Positions 17,994 through 25,833 are shown, numbered from the stretch's first letter. The stretch: DNA of 43,617 nt from Smithella sp. (GCA_030018675.1 JASEHT010000002.1:1-43617); one strand, 5' to 3'. A program made the numbers and translations. The notes: generated from the sequence alone by a model not told the origin.

Positions 17994-18398
17994 ATGATCG
18001 AAACAATAAGTCACATCACAATAATTGTCAGAGATGTTGAAAAGATGGGGAATTTTCTGCGAACAATCTTTGATGCTGAAGAGGTTTATGACAGTTCAAA
18101 GGAGAACTTTTCATTATCATATGAGAAGTTTTTTATTGTCGGTGGCATTTGGATGGCAGTTATGGAGGGCGAACCTCTGCCAGAGCGTTCTTATAACCAT
18201 GTAGCGTTCAAGGTATCTGACTCAGACTTTGATGAATACGTATTAAGAATAAAACAATTCGGTGTAAATATAAAACCAAGTCGTGATCGGGTTAGTGGAG
18301 AGGCTCGGTCAATCTATTTCTATGATTATGACAACCATCTTTTTGAGCTTCACACAGGCACACTTAATGAGAGGTTGTTGCATTATTCCAAGGTATAA
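17994..18398 (+). CDS. fosX: FosX-like fosfomycin-resistance epoxide hydrolase (VOC/glyoxalase superfamily)
   Basis: 134 aa. It resembles Listeria FosX, as I recall that sequence, along its full length (SHITIIVRD..., FSLSYEKFF, YNHVAFKV, RSIYFYDYDNHLFELHTGTLNERL). Metal ligands His7, His69 and Glu118 and the FosX-specific general base Glu44 are all present. Confidence 0.75.
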   Translation: MIETISHITIIVRDVEKMGNFLRTIFDAEEVYDSSKENFSLSYEKFFIVGGIWMAVMEGEPLPERSYNHVAFKVSDSDFDEYVLRIKQFGVNIKPSRDRVSGEARSIYFYDYDNHLFELHTGTLNERLLHYSKV

Positions 18399-18404
18399 AA
18401 ACAG

Positions 18405-18460
18405 CTCTAACAAGGGCAATCCAGCCGATCGCTACGCTCCGGCTGATTTTTTCGTTATAG
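18405..18460 (+). repeat. attC-like recombination site 1
   Basis: CTCTAAC-aaggg-cAATCCAGCCG...CGGCTGATT-ttttc-GTTATAG. The arms pair with one unpaired C, the spacers are 5 nt each, and the outer boxes are RYYYAAC-like and GTT-type. Confidence 0.6.
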
Positions 18461-18475
18461 CACCAAGGAATTTAC

Positions 18476-18943
18476 ATGATGCACAAAGACTTGTTTTGGA
18501 TCTTGATACCGGCCGGCGTAATTTCAATCTGTTGCGCCGCCTTCGGTTTCGTTGGCCTTTTTTCACCAGCTCTCTTGGGCTGGAATTCTTCTATTCCTCT
18601 AGCAGTCAAGATAGGCTTGGTAGTTTTCACGCTGATGCCATTGTTATGGATTCTGGTGTTCCGGCTGCATCTAAAGTCATGCTGGGTTTATCGGTCAACG
18701 CGTCCAACGGAAATGAATGTGAGGATTGAAGTTGACGAAGGCAGCGATCACAATAGTTACTTTGCAATTCTAAGGTATGGGGAAATGGAACCAGGAGATG
18801 AACGGATTCCAGTGTACCCACCAAATTGGAACGCCAGGGCTATCGGCACGGACACGTTAGCGCGAGTGTTTTTCGATCCCAAATCAAAAAAGCCGTTGGT
18901 CATAGAAATTAATGGCAAGCGCCTTTGGAGTATGGCGCTATAA
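18476..18943 (+). CDS. Hypothetical membrane protein (cassette 2)
   Basis: 155 aa. AAGGAA SD lies 7 nt upstream. It has two N-terminal hydrophobic helices and a soluble C-terminal half. No recognisable family. Confidence 0.55.
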   Translation: MMHKDLFWILIPAGVISICCAAFGFVGLFSPALLGWNSSIPLAVKIGLVVFTLMPLLWILVFRLHLKSCWVYRSTRPTEMNVRIEVDEGSDHNSYFAILRYGEMEPGDERIPVYPPNWNARAIGTDTLARVFFDPKSKKPLVIEINGKRLWSMAL

Positions 18944-19008
18944 CAAATTACTGAACCGGACGGCACCGCGCCGTTGGCGCGCTGCCGCCGGTTAGTGTTA
19001 CGTTATAG
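18938..19008 (+). repeat. attC-like recombination site 2
   Basis: CTATAAC-aaatt-ACTGAACCGGACGGCAcCGCGCC-gtt-GGCGCGcTGCCGCCGGTTAGT-gttac-GTTATAG. The outer boxes are perfectly complementary. The long stem has unpaired G and A, the extrahelical-base hallmark of attC. The inverse core overlaps the stop codon of cassette 2. Confidence 0.7.
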
Positions 19009-19024
19009 GGAGTAAGGTTAAAGA

Positions 19025-19591
19025 TTGGAGAAAATATTCTATTATAGTAACCGAAATGCGGTTATTAAATCGATTGCAGGGGCTTTTGCTGCTGTAATTT
19101 ATGGCATCTTTTTTCGCTTTTTCGGCATTTGGGTTATCCCGCATCATTATATAATTGTCGCATACTTCTGTTATGCAGTTTCTTTTTGTCTTGTATTTGT
19201 TTCAATTTGGTTTGCTTTAAGACCTAATAAAAAATATATTGTATTGACCGAATCTAAGATTAAAATAATGAGTAGGGAAAATAGCATTGAAATTCCTCGC
19301 TCACAAATATCTTCTGCACAATTATGCGAATCCCCCATTAAATATAGATTTTTCACGGGAGTGGGTGTAGTTTTATTGCCAGATGTATGTGACACAGAAG
19401 TATGTGTCGTATTAAAACTATCACTTATAGAAACATCAGAAAAGATAATTGATAATAAATCAAGAATGGAGAAACGGCTTTTTCAATCGCGACTTGTTTA
19501 TATAAGTGATGATAAAAAACAAATATACATTAGAAAAGTTCCAGTTGGGGGCTTTGAGCCTCTAGTGAGGGCGTTAAATGAGAAAGTTTAA
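19025..19591 (+). CDS. Hypothetical membrane protein, possibly with a bacterial PH-like C-terminal domain (cassette 3)
   Basis: 188 aa from a TTG start with AAGG upstream. Two TM helices are followed by KKYIVLTESKIKIMSR..IEIPRSQISS, which resembles bPH-type domains. Very AT-rich. Confidence 0.45.
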   Translation: MEKIFYYSNRNAVIKSIAGAFAAVIYGIFFRFFGIWVIPHHYIIVAYFCYAVSFCLVFVSIWFALRPNKKYIVLTESKIKIMSRENSIEIPRSQISSAQLCESPIKYRFFTGVGVVLLPDVCDTEVCVVLKLSLIETSEKIIDNKSRMEKRLFQSRLVYISDDKKQIYIRKVPVGGFEPLVRALNEKV

Positions 19592-19593
19592 GC

Positions 19594-19658
19594 CTATAAC
19601 CCGTCAATACAGCCGATCGCAAGGCTACGCCTTGCTCCGGCTGATTTTTTCGTTCCCG
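19594..19658 (+). repeat. attC-like recombination site 3
   Basis: CTATAAC-ccgtc-AATACAGCCG-atc-GCAAGGC-tac-GCCTTGC-tc-CGGCTGATT-ttttc-GTTCCCG. It has the same arm family as site 1, with one unpaired A and an inner perfect 7-bp stem. Confidence 0.65.
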
Positions 19659-19684
19659 AAGCGCTCCGGGCGTTCGGCAGGGAG

Positions 19685-20002
19685 ATGATGCTAATGAATG
19701 AAAGAGTGCTTATACTGATTGTTCTCATTGCAACGGTGATCCCCTGTCTAATTTCGTACTGTCTCATCCGTTTTGTTCCTCGATTGCGATACTTGCCTTC
19801 GGTACTGCTTGGCATCGCCGGCCTCTATTTTTTCCTCTCCGGTGCCAGCACCAAACCAACAGGTGGCGGCATATCCGGTTTCGGTGACTTGCCCATTTAT
19901 GCGGAGCTGGTTGTCGGAGGACTTTTCATTCTTGCTTCTGGAGTCGCATTTTTACTGTCCTTTCTGATGTTCAAGTGGTGGATATCACGACAGGGCAGAT
20001 GA
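19685..20002 (+). CDS. Small hypothetical membrane protein (cassette 4)
   Basis: ~102-105 aa with three predicted hydrophobic helices. GGAG abuts the first ATG, so the ATG at 19694 (9 nt after GGAG) is the more likely start. Confidence 0.5.
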   Translation: MMLMNERVLILIVLIATVIPCLISYCLIRFVPRLRYLPSVLLGIAGLYFFLSGASTKPTGGGISGFGDLPIYAELVVGGLFILASGVAFLLSFLMFKWWISRQGR

Positions 20003-20137
20003 TCCATCAGCAAATCGCACACACGCACTACGGACGACATGGGGACGCCCCTAAAATACTAAGTTTCTCTTCCATCGAATTCCGGGGACACAACACTTAA
20101 TTAAGGAAACGGTTCTGTTGAATTGAGAAAAAACTGG

Positions 20138-20162
20138 ATTCCGGCCAGAAGCATGCCGGAAT
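20138..20162. terminator. Bidirectional hairpin terminator candidate
   Basis: ATTCCGGC-cagaagcat-GCCGGAAT. On the minus strand it is followed by CCAGTTTTTTCTC. On the plus strand a T7 run starts 6 nt after the stem. It lies between convergent cassette 4 and the CDF transporter gene. Confidence 0.45.
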
Positions 20163-20287
20163 GACAAATTTTTTTAAAAAGATTGCCCACCGGCATGCCT
20201 AGAAATACGCTGGGGTAAACCAGCCGGACAGTCCCTCAAGGGAGCAAAGAGAGAAAAGGGATGACGGAAGGAAGGGAAATAAGATGC

Positions 20288-20308
20288 GGCGCGTTCGGGG
20301 AACGCGCC
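20288..20308 (-). terminator. GC-rich hairpin downstream of the CDF transporter gene
   Basis: Perfect 9-bp stem GGCGCGTTC-ggg-GAACGCGCC, 74 nt past the stop at 20382. The minus-strand tail GCATCTTATTTCC is only moderately U-rich. Confidence 0.35.
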
Positions 20309-20381
20309 CGGTAACATAAAATGGAAATCGATAAAGTTCTGGTGAATTTTGAAATTGCGCCGGCTAATGAACATGGGATGG

Positions 20382-21446
20382 TTAAGCGGGATCGGGCTGG
20401 CGCTTCGGTCTCTTCTCCGGGGGCAGTAAACAGCCGTCCAGGCAAATATTGGAACAGTCGCCGTCACACGGTTCAACGTGAATGGTGATGATGCAGTCTG
20501 TAAATCTTTTTCTGATATTCTGTTTTAATTCGCGGGTGACGTTGTGCGAAGCCAGCACCGTCATCTGCTGATCCACTTTAATGTGAAATTCCATAAGGCG
20601 GGAGCTGCCGGCCTTTCGTGTCCGCAGATGATGAAACCCGTGAATGGTCGGATGCCGCATGATGACGTCGCGGATATAATTTTCCTCCTCCGGCGGCAAT
20701 TGGGCGTCCATCAATCCGTGGATGGCTTTGATGGTCAGGACGTAAGCAGCGCGCAGGATGAGGCCGGCAACAAAAATCGCGGCAAGCGGATCAATCCAGT
20801 TGATATGCAGCGCCGGAAAAAACCGATGTCCCATCCAGATAATGCCCAGCGCGAACATAACCCCGATGGATGTGTAAACGTCCGTTCGTAAATGCCAGGC
20901 GTCGGCTTCCAGCGCGATGGAATCGGCTTCCTTTCCCACCTGGAAAAGCCTGCGGGAAACGAAATAATTCATCACCGCGGAAACAAACATGACGGCCACG
21001 CCCAGGCCCGCGTGCGTTATCTCGTGCGGTTCCATCAGTTTTTTCAGCGCTTCAAAGATGATCCAGAATGCCGCGGCAAAGATCAGCAGGGCTTCCACAA
21101 AGCCGGAAATGTTTTCAATCTTGCCGTGCCCGAAAGGATGATCTGTATCGGCGGGGCGTCCCGATGTCCGGACGGAAAAAAAAGCGATCATGGCGGCAAT
21201 CAGGTCCATGCCGGAATGGATGGCTTCCGATATGATCGAAACCGAACCAATGATGACGCCGACAATGACCTTGAAGACCACCAGAAACGAGTTGGAGGCA
21301 ACAGACAGCATGGCCACTCTTTCTTTGCGCTGCTGCAAATTTGTCACGGCATTTTCCCCGGATGTTTTCTTTTCATTAACGTATTTTTCCTCTCTTAAAT
21401 TACATTGATTCACTTTGCAAGCAGGTAATTTTATGGTACGGGACAT
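20382..21446 (-). CDS. Cation diffusion facilitator (CDF) family metal efflux transporter
   Basis: SIISEAIHSGMDLIAA and HPFGHGKIE motifs, six TM helices and a C-terminal cytoplasmic domain. It also has an unusual CX3CX3CX3C tail. Confidence 0.85.
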   Translation of the reverse strand: MSRTIKLPACKVNQCNLREEKYVNEKKTSGENAVTNLQQRKERVAMLSVASNSFLVVFKVIVGVIIGSVSIISEAIHSGMDLIAAMIAFFSVRTSGRPADTDHPFGHGKIENISGFVEALLIFAAAFWIIFEALKKLMEPHEITHAGLGVAVMFVSAVMNYFVSRRLFQVGKEADSIALEADAWHLRTDVYTSIGVMFALGIIWMGHRFFPALHINWIDPLAAIFVAGLILRAAYVLTIKAIHGLMDAQLPPEEENYIRDVIMRHPTIHGFHHLRTRKAGSSRLMEFHIKVDQQMTVLASHNVTRELKQNIRKRFTDCIITIHVEPCDGDCSNICLDGCLLPPEKRPKRQPDPA

Positions 21447-21469
21447 GCCTGAAAATTTATGGATAAAGC

Positions 21470-22561
21470 ATGAAAGAACTAAGGAAAAAGCTTGATCGTT
21501 CCTGTGTTAACGCAACGGCCGGGGATTGGCGGGACTGGCGCTGGCAGTTCAAAAACCGTGTCACCAAAATTGACGCGCTGGATGGTCTCGCCGGGAACCG
21601 CAACAAAGACGAAATCAAGGCCGTGGCGTCGGTGTATCCCATGGCGATTACGCCTTACTATTTGTCGCTCATTCAAGAGCATAATGAAAAAGACCCGGTT
21701 TTCGCGCAATGCGTTCCGACCTCTCTCGAAACGGACTTTTCCACCGGAATCGCGGAAGATCCTCTCGACGAAGATACCCATATGCCGGTGCCCAAGCTGG
21801 TGCACCGCTATCCCGACCGCTGCCTGGCGATGGTGACCGAAACCTGCGCCGTTTTCTGCCGACATTGCAACCGCAAGCGTTTCTGGTCACGACCCAATCA
21901 TATTAATTTAAAAGCCCGTTTTCAGAAAATGATCCGCTACATCGCCGCCTCACCGCAAATCCGCGAGGTCATCATTTCGGGCGGCGACCCGCTGACGCTT
22001 GATGACGCGGTGCTGGAAAATCTTCTGGCCGGCCTGCGGGACATTCCGCATGTCGAGGTACTACGCATTGGCAGTCGCGTCCCCGTCGTTTTACCCATGC
22101 GCGTCACCAAAGATCTCTGCCGGATGCTCAAGCGGTTCCGCCCGCTGTGGCTGAACACGCAATTCAATCATCCCCGTGAAATCACGCCGGAGGCTGCGCG
22201 CGCCTGCCAAATGCTCCTGGACGCGGGCATTCCGGTTTCCAACCAGTCGGTTTTACTAAAAGGCATCAATGACTCGCCGGACATCATGAAGGATTTGCTG
22301 CGCGGCCTGCAGAAAATATCCGTCCGCCCTTATTATCTTTTCCACTGCGACCCGGCCAGGGGCTGCGCGCATTTCCGCACCGATCCGAAATCCGGCGTTG
22401 CCATGATGGAAAAGATATGGCGGCAATGTTCGGGACTTTGCCTGCCGCAATACGTCCTGGATGTGCCCGGCAGCTCGGGCAAGATACCGCTGAATATCAT
22501 GTCTCCGGCCCTGCAAAAAGACCTGAAAAAACATCAACATTATTTTGACAAGTTCCAATAA
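21470..22561 (+). CDS. epmB: KamA-family radical SAM lysine 2,3-aminomutase (EF-P beta-lysylation, EpmB-like)
   Basis: CAVFCRHCNRKR (CX3CX2C), GGDPL, and a PYYLFHCD motif typical of lysine aminomutases. It lies adjacent to efp and epmA. Confidence 0.8.
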   Translation: MKELRKKLDRSCVNATAGDWRDWRWQFKNRVTKIDALDGLAGNRNKDEIKAVASVYPMAITPYYLSLIQEHNEKDPVFAQCVPTSLETDFSTGIAEDPLDEDTHMPVPKLVHRYPDRCLAMVTETCAVFCRHCNRKRFWSRPNHINLKARFQKMIRYIAASPQIREVIISGGDPLTLDDAVLENLLAGLRDIPHVEVLRIGSRVPVVLPMRVTKDLCRMLKRFRPLWLNTQFNHPREITPEAARACQMLLDAGIPVSNQSVLLKGINDSPDIMKDLLRGLQKISVRPYYLFHCDPARGCAHFRTDPKSGVAMMEKIWRQCSGLCLPQYVLDVPGSSGKIPLNIMSPALQKDLKKHQHYFDKFQ

Positions 22562-22761
22562 ATAGAATAGAGAATCGCCAGAGTCACGGGAATGAACCCC
22601 AAAGAAAGCTTTGGAAACAATTCCGCAACAAGCTTGGGTCTCATTACCCTCCGCTGCGCGGGATTGTTCGACTTACAAATTTCAATTCACTTTGTTTTTG
22701 AAATTTGAGTCTCACAACAAAATAGGCAATTTTGTTATATTAAGTAAGGAGAAAATCTTTT

Positions 22762-23325
22762 ATGTATACCGCAAGTGATCTAAAAAAAGGGTTACGGCTG
22801 AAAATCGACGGCGACCCCTATGTCATAACGGAGTTTAATTTTGTCAAGCCGGGCAAGGGTCAGGCCCTGTACCGCACCAAACTCAAAAACATGATCAATG
22901 GGAATCAGTTTGAACGAACATTCCGTTCCGTCGACAACTTTGAACAAGCGGATTTGCGGGAAAAAACAATGCAGTATCTATACAAAGAAGGTGATAAATA
23001 CTGTTTCATGGATAACGAAAACTACGAACAGGTTTATCTGACGGAAGAGCAGGTCGATGAAGCCGTGAACTTCATGACTGATAATATTGAAGTGGAAATT
23101 CTGCTTTTCGAAGACAAGCCCATCGGCATCAGCCTGCCTAATTTTGTCGAGTTGGTCGTCACGGAAGCCGAGCCATGGGCCAAAGGCGATACCGCGGCAG
23201 GCAACACAAAACCGGTCAAGGTGCAGACAGGCTATACTATCCTGGTACCGACCTTTGTTACCGAAGGTGAAAAAATCAGGATTGACACGCGCACAGGAGA
23301 GTACCTGACCAGAGTCAAAGGTTAA
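22762..23325 (+). CDS. efp: Translation elongation factor P
   Basis: MYTASDLKKGLRLKIDGDPYVITEFNFVKPGKGQA... carries the modifiable Lys in the KPGKGQA loop. 187 aa. SD is AAGGAG. Confidence 0.95.
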   Translation: MYTASDLKKGLRLKIDGDPYVITEFNFVKPGKGQALYRTKLKNMINGNQFERTFRSVDNFEQADLREKTMQYLYKEGDKYCFMDNENYEQVYLTEEQVDEAVNFMTDNIEVEILLFEDKPIGISLPNFVELVVTEAEPWAKGDTAAGNTKPVKVQTGYTILVPTFVTEGEKIRIDTRTGEYLTRVKG

Positions 23326-23352
23326 TTAAGCTTTTCAAAAGACAGGGGCAAT

Positions 23353-23415
23353 TTGATACGTAATGTATTTTGCGTGTCCCCCGCCGGCGGCGGATTAAGG
23401 GGGTGGACGTATCAA
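23353..23415 (+). other. Nested stem-loop element in the efp-epmA spacer
   Basis: An outer 9-bp stem TTGATACGT (23353..23361) / ACGTATCAA (23407..23415) encloses an inner CCCCC...GGGGG stem around GCCGGCGGCGG. It starts 27 nt after the efp stop. Confidence 0.3.
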
Positions 23416-23575
23416 GGTAGGATTTGTTCATCCAAGTTACAGATTAAAAATCATTTTCCACCTCCATCACAACGTGACACCTCCGCCAGCGGAGGACAAA
23501 GAACAGCATATTTTTAAATTACTAAAACTCAATAACATATAATTCTCTGCTTCAATTTTTATAGGTTCTCTGATT

Positions 23576-24511
23576 TTGAGTGAATTCCATTCCGATAATA
23601 ACTTTTCACTGACGCGCAAATCACACGCTTTACAAACGCGCGCCCGGCTGATTCAATGTATCCGTGATTTCTTTATTCACCTGGATTTTCTGGAAGTGGA
23701 AACCCCCGTACGCATTCCCTCACCCGCACCGGAAGAACATATCGAAGCTATCCGCTCGGAAGACTGGTTTTTGCAGACCTCGCCCGAACTGGCCATGAAG
23801 CGCATGCTCGCCGCCGGTTATCCGCGCATCTTTCAAATTTCCAAATGTTTCCGCGCCGGTGAGCGAGGCCATCTGCATCTTCCGGAATACACCATGCTGG
23901 AGTGGTATGTCGCCGGATTCGATTACCGGGAGCTGATGAATCAGTGCGAAGGCATGATCTGGTCTGTCGCCCGGGCAATGAACCTTGAAGCATTCGTCCG
24001 GCAGGGCAGAAAAATACAGGCAGATCCGCCGTGGGAAAGAGTGACGGTCGCGCAGGCGTTTTCGCAGCACGCGCCAATGAGTGTTGAAGAAGCGCTGGCA
24101 CAGGACAAATTTGACGAAATGCTGGTTGAACATATTGAGCCGAAACTGGGTTTCAACCGGCCGGCTTTTCTCTACGATTATCCGGCGGGACTGGCGTCGC
24201 TGGCCAGACTAAAAGAGGATAATCCATCGGTCGGCGAACGATTCGAACTTTACATCGGCGGCCTGGAAATCGCCAACGGCTTTTCGGAGCTGACCGACGC
24301 GAACGAACAAAGAAGGCGTTTCGAAGAGGCGCTGAAAAAGCGCGCCGCGAAAAATCGGGCGCGCTATGATATGCCGGAAAAATTTCTGCGGTCGCTCGAT
24401 GATCTGCCGCCCTGCGCCGGGATCGCGCTGGGCATTGACCGGCTGGCGATGCTTTGCGTCGGCGCGGATAAGATTGACGATGTCGTCGCCTTCGCGCCGG
24501 ATGACCTTTAG
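23576..24511 (+). CDS. epmA: EF-P lysine aminoacylase (GenX/PoxA; truncated class II LysRS paralogue)
   Basis: Class II aaRS motifs are present (FLEVETP, FRAGERGHLHLPEYTMLEWY, GIALGIDRL) with no anticodon-binding domain. 311 aa from a TTG start. Confidence 0.85.
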   Translation: MSEFHSDNNFSLTRKSHALQTRARLIQCIRDFFIHLDFLEVETPVRIPSPAPEEHIEAIRSEDWFLQTSPELAMKRMLAAGYPRIFQISKCFRAGERGHLHLPEYTMLEWYVAGFDYRELMNQCEGMIWSVARAMNLEAFVRQGRKIQADPPWERVTVAQAFSQHAPMSVEEALAQDKFDEMLVEHIEPKLGFNRPAFLYDYPAGLASLARLKEDNPSVGERFELYIGGLEIANGFSELTDANEQRRRFEEALKKRAAKNRARYDMPEKFLRSLDDLPPCAGIALGIDRLAMLCVGADKIDDVVAFAPDDL

Positions 24512-25635
24512 GGCGTATCCGTATAGATGGTCAGTGCATGATAATTTGTTTCCGGTGTCTGCGTGCAAACCATGAACTTGTTGTCATCCGATGCCTGACC
24601 GTGAAACGCCATTTGATCGCTGACAATGGTTCCGGATGAGGAAATAGTGCCTACCGCGGAATCCGGGACCAATCCAAAGAATACAACCAGAAACTCGCTG
24701 GACGCCCAATTGCTGAACGTGATTGTTCCGGTTTCATCAACGGTGGCCGTGTGATGAAGCCAGAAAGGCGCGTAAGAAGCATTGCCAACAACAAGGCTGT
24801 GGCCTTTCCAGACCCCTGAGGGCAAAGGACCTTCATCAAACACGTGTCCGGTAACCTGGATAATCGTCAATTGATGGTTGCCGCCGGCATCCGTAAAAGT
24901 TCCCGTAATTGTTTTTTTGTCCGCAGACAGGAAACCCTTATAATTAGACAATCCCGTCAGCGTGACGATTCCGTCTCCGCCGACCGATATTGTTCCCCAG
25001 TCAGAAACGGGGAACACAGCTCCGTTCGGATCTGTTTCGCTGTTGATGGTTACCGCTCCGCCGGCATCGATCGATCCTTCTCCGTAAATCCACTTCTTTT
25101 GCGTGCCAACGACCAGTCCATGATAAACAAAGGTCTTTCCCCGTAAATCTTCATTATCATACAAAACAGACGGTTCGATTCTCTGAACGACACGCAGTGC
25201 TTTGCTTGCATCCGCTGCCGTGCCGGTGCCGGCAATCAGGTTAAAATCCGATGTCATGGACATGTGCACGCCGGAGCTGGCGCTGACGCCGCTCTCTGTG
25301 ATCGTGCCGTCCGATGCCACGGTCCAGCGCAAATCGAAAGGATCGGAACAACTGGTTATCCCGGCGCTGTCGTCATAGGATTCACAGGACACGGAACCGT
25401 CTGGATCAACCGTGTAAATCGTCCTTGTCCATTTCGGTTCATTGGCCAGTTCATAAAAACTCCACTTCCCCGCCAGATCTTCCTGCTGGTAAACCGCAGG
25501 AGTTCCGTTATCCGCGGATGTCTTATCTTCTCCGCCTCCGGCGCACCCGGACATTATCAAAAAAGACGTCATCAGAAATAGGACGGCTATCCTGACCCAA
25601 ACATTGCGTTGCTGCGCAATAAAATATCTTTTCAT
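24508..25635 (-). CDS. Hypothetical lipoprotein built from three divergent ~100-aa tandem repeats
   Basis: Lipobox LIMSGC after MKRYF... (start set at the second in-frame Met). The repeats begin DLAGKWSF, DLRGKTFV and LPSGVWKG. Each ends in a ...DxxxI.GT...L.I.Q/Y-like strand. Confidence 0.5.
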   Translation of the reverse strand: MKRYFIAQQRNVWVRIAVLFLMTSFLIMSGCAGGGEDKTSADNGTPAVYQQEDLAGKWSFYELANEPKWTRTIYTVDPDGSVSCESYDDSAGITSCSDPFDLRWTVASDGTITESGVSASSGVHMSMTSDFNLIAGTGTAADASKALRVVQRIEPSVLYDNEDLRGKTFVYHGLVVGTQKKWIYGEGSIDAGGAVTINSETDPNGAVFPVSDWGTISVGGDGIVTLTGLSNYKGFLSADKKTITGTFTDAGGNHQLTIIQVTGHVFDEGPLPSGVWKGHSLVVGNASYAPFWLHHTATVDETGTITFSNWASSEFLVVFFGLVPDSAVGTISSSGTIVSDQMAFHGQASDDNKFMVCTQTPETNYHALTIYTDTP

Positions 25636-25768
25636 CGTCACCACCAAAAAACTCCTTGTTGAAAAATTATCATGAGACCTCGAACAATCCTGTTTTCATT
25701 TGGTATCATACTTCAAGCGTCAACAAAAGCAATAAAGGCTTTCATTAAAATCATGTTCACTAAAATCA

Positions 25769-25797
25769 TTGACAAGGGCGTTTTTTTACTTTAGTTT
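25769..25797 (+). promoter_or_regulatory. Candidate sigma70 promoter for the tol-pal operon
   Basis: TTGACA (25769..25774), 17 nt, TAGTTT (25792..25797), ~36 nt upstream of the tolQ GTG start. Confidence 0.3.
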
Positions 25798-25833
25798 ACG
25801 CTACAAATTCAATTCATGACTGGAGAGTAAAAA

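Larger units (their letters stand above)
17977..20002 (+). mobile_element. Integron-type gene-cassette array without an adjacent integrase (CALIN-like); right boundary unresolved
   Basis: Four short same-strand ORFs are separated by three attC-like imperfect palindromes. The region is visibly AT-richer than its flanks: a hand count gives 18/60 GC at 19141..19200 versus 29/60 at 17401..17460. Each cassette 5' core (GTTAGAG, GTTATAG, GTTATAG) is the exact reverse complement of the inverse core of its own 3' site (CTCTAAC, CTATAAC, CTATAAC). Confidence 0.65.

Noticed and set aside
17682-18014. 110-aa minus-strand ORF between truA and fosX
   Set aside because: Its N-terminal half is encoded by copy A of the 122-nt repeat. 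In copy B the same frame hits a stop (ACT TAG instead of ACT TGG) and there is a 1-nt indel, so the repeat is not conserved as coding sequence. The ORF would also overlap the fosX start and has no recognisable family.
20296-20387. Possible fourth attC running from GGGGAAC to the consensus core GTTAAGC at the CDF stop codon
   Set aside because: The two halves show direct similarity (GCGCCCGG / GCGCCGGC) rather than inverted similarity, and I could not build any arm pairing. GGGGAAC is part of a simple 9-bp hairpin, better explained as a terminator.
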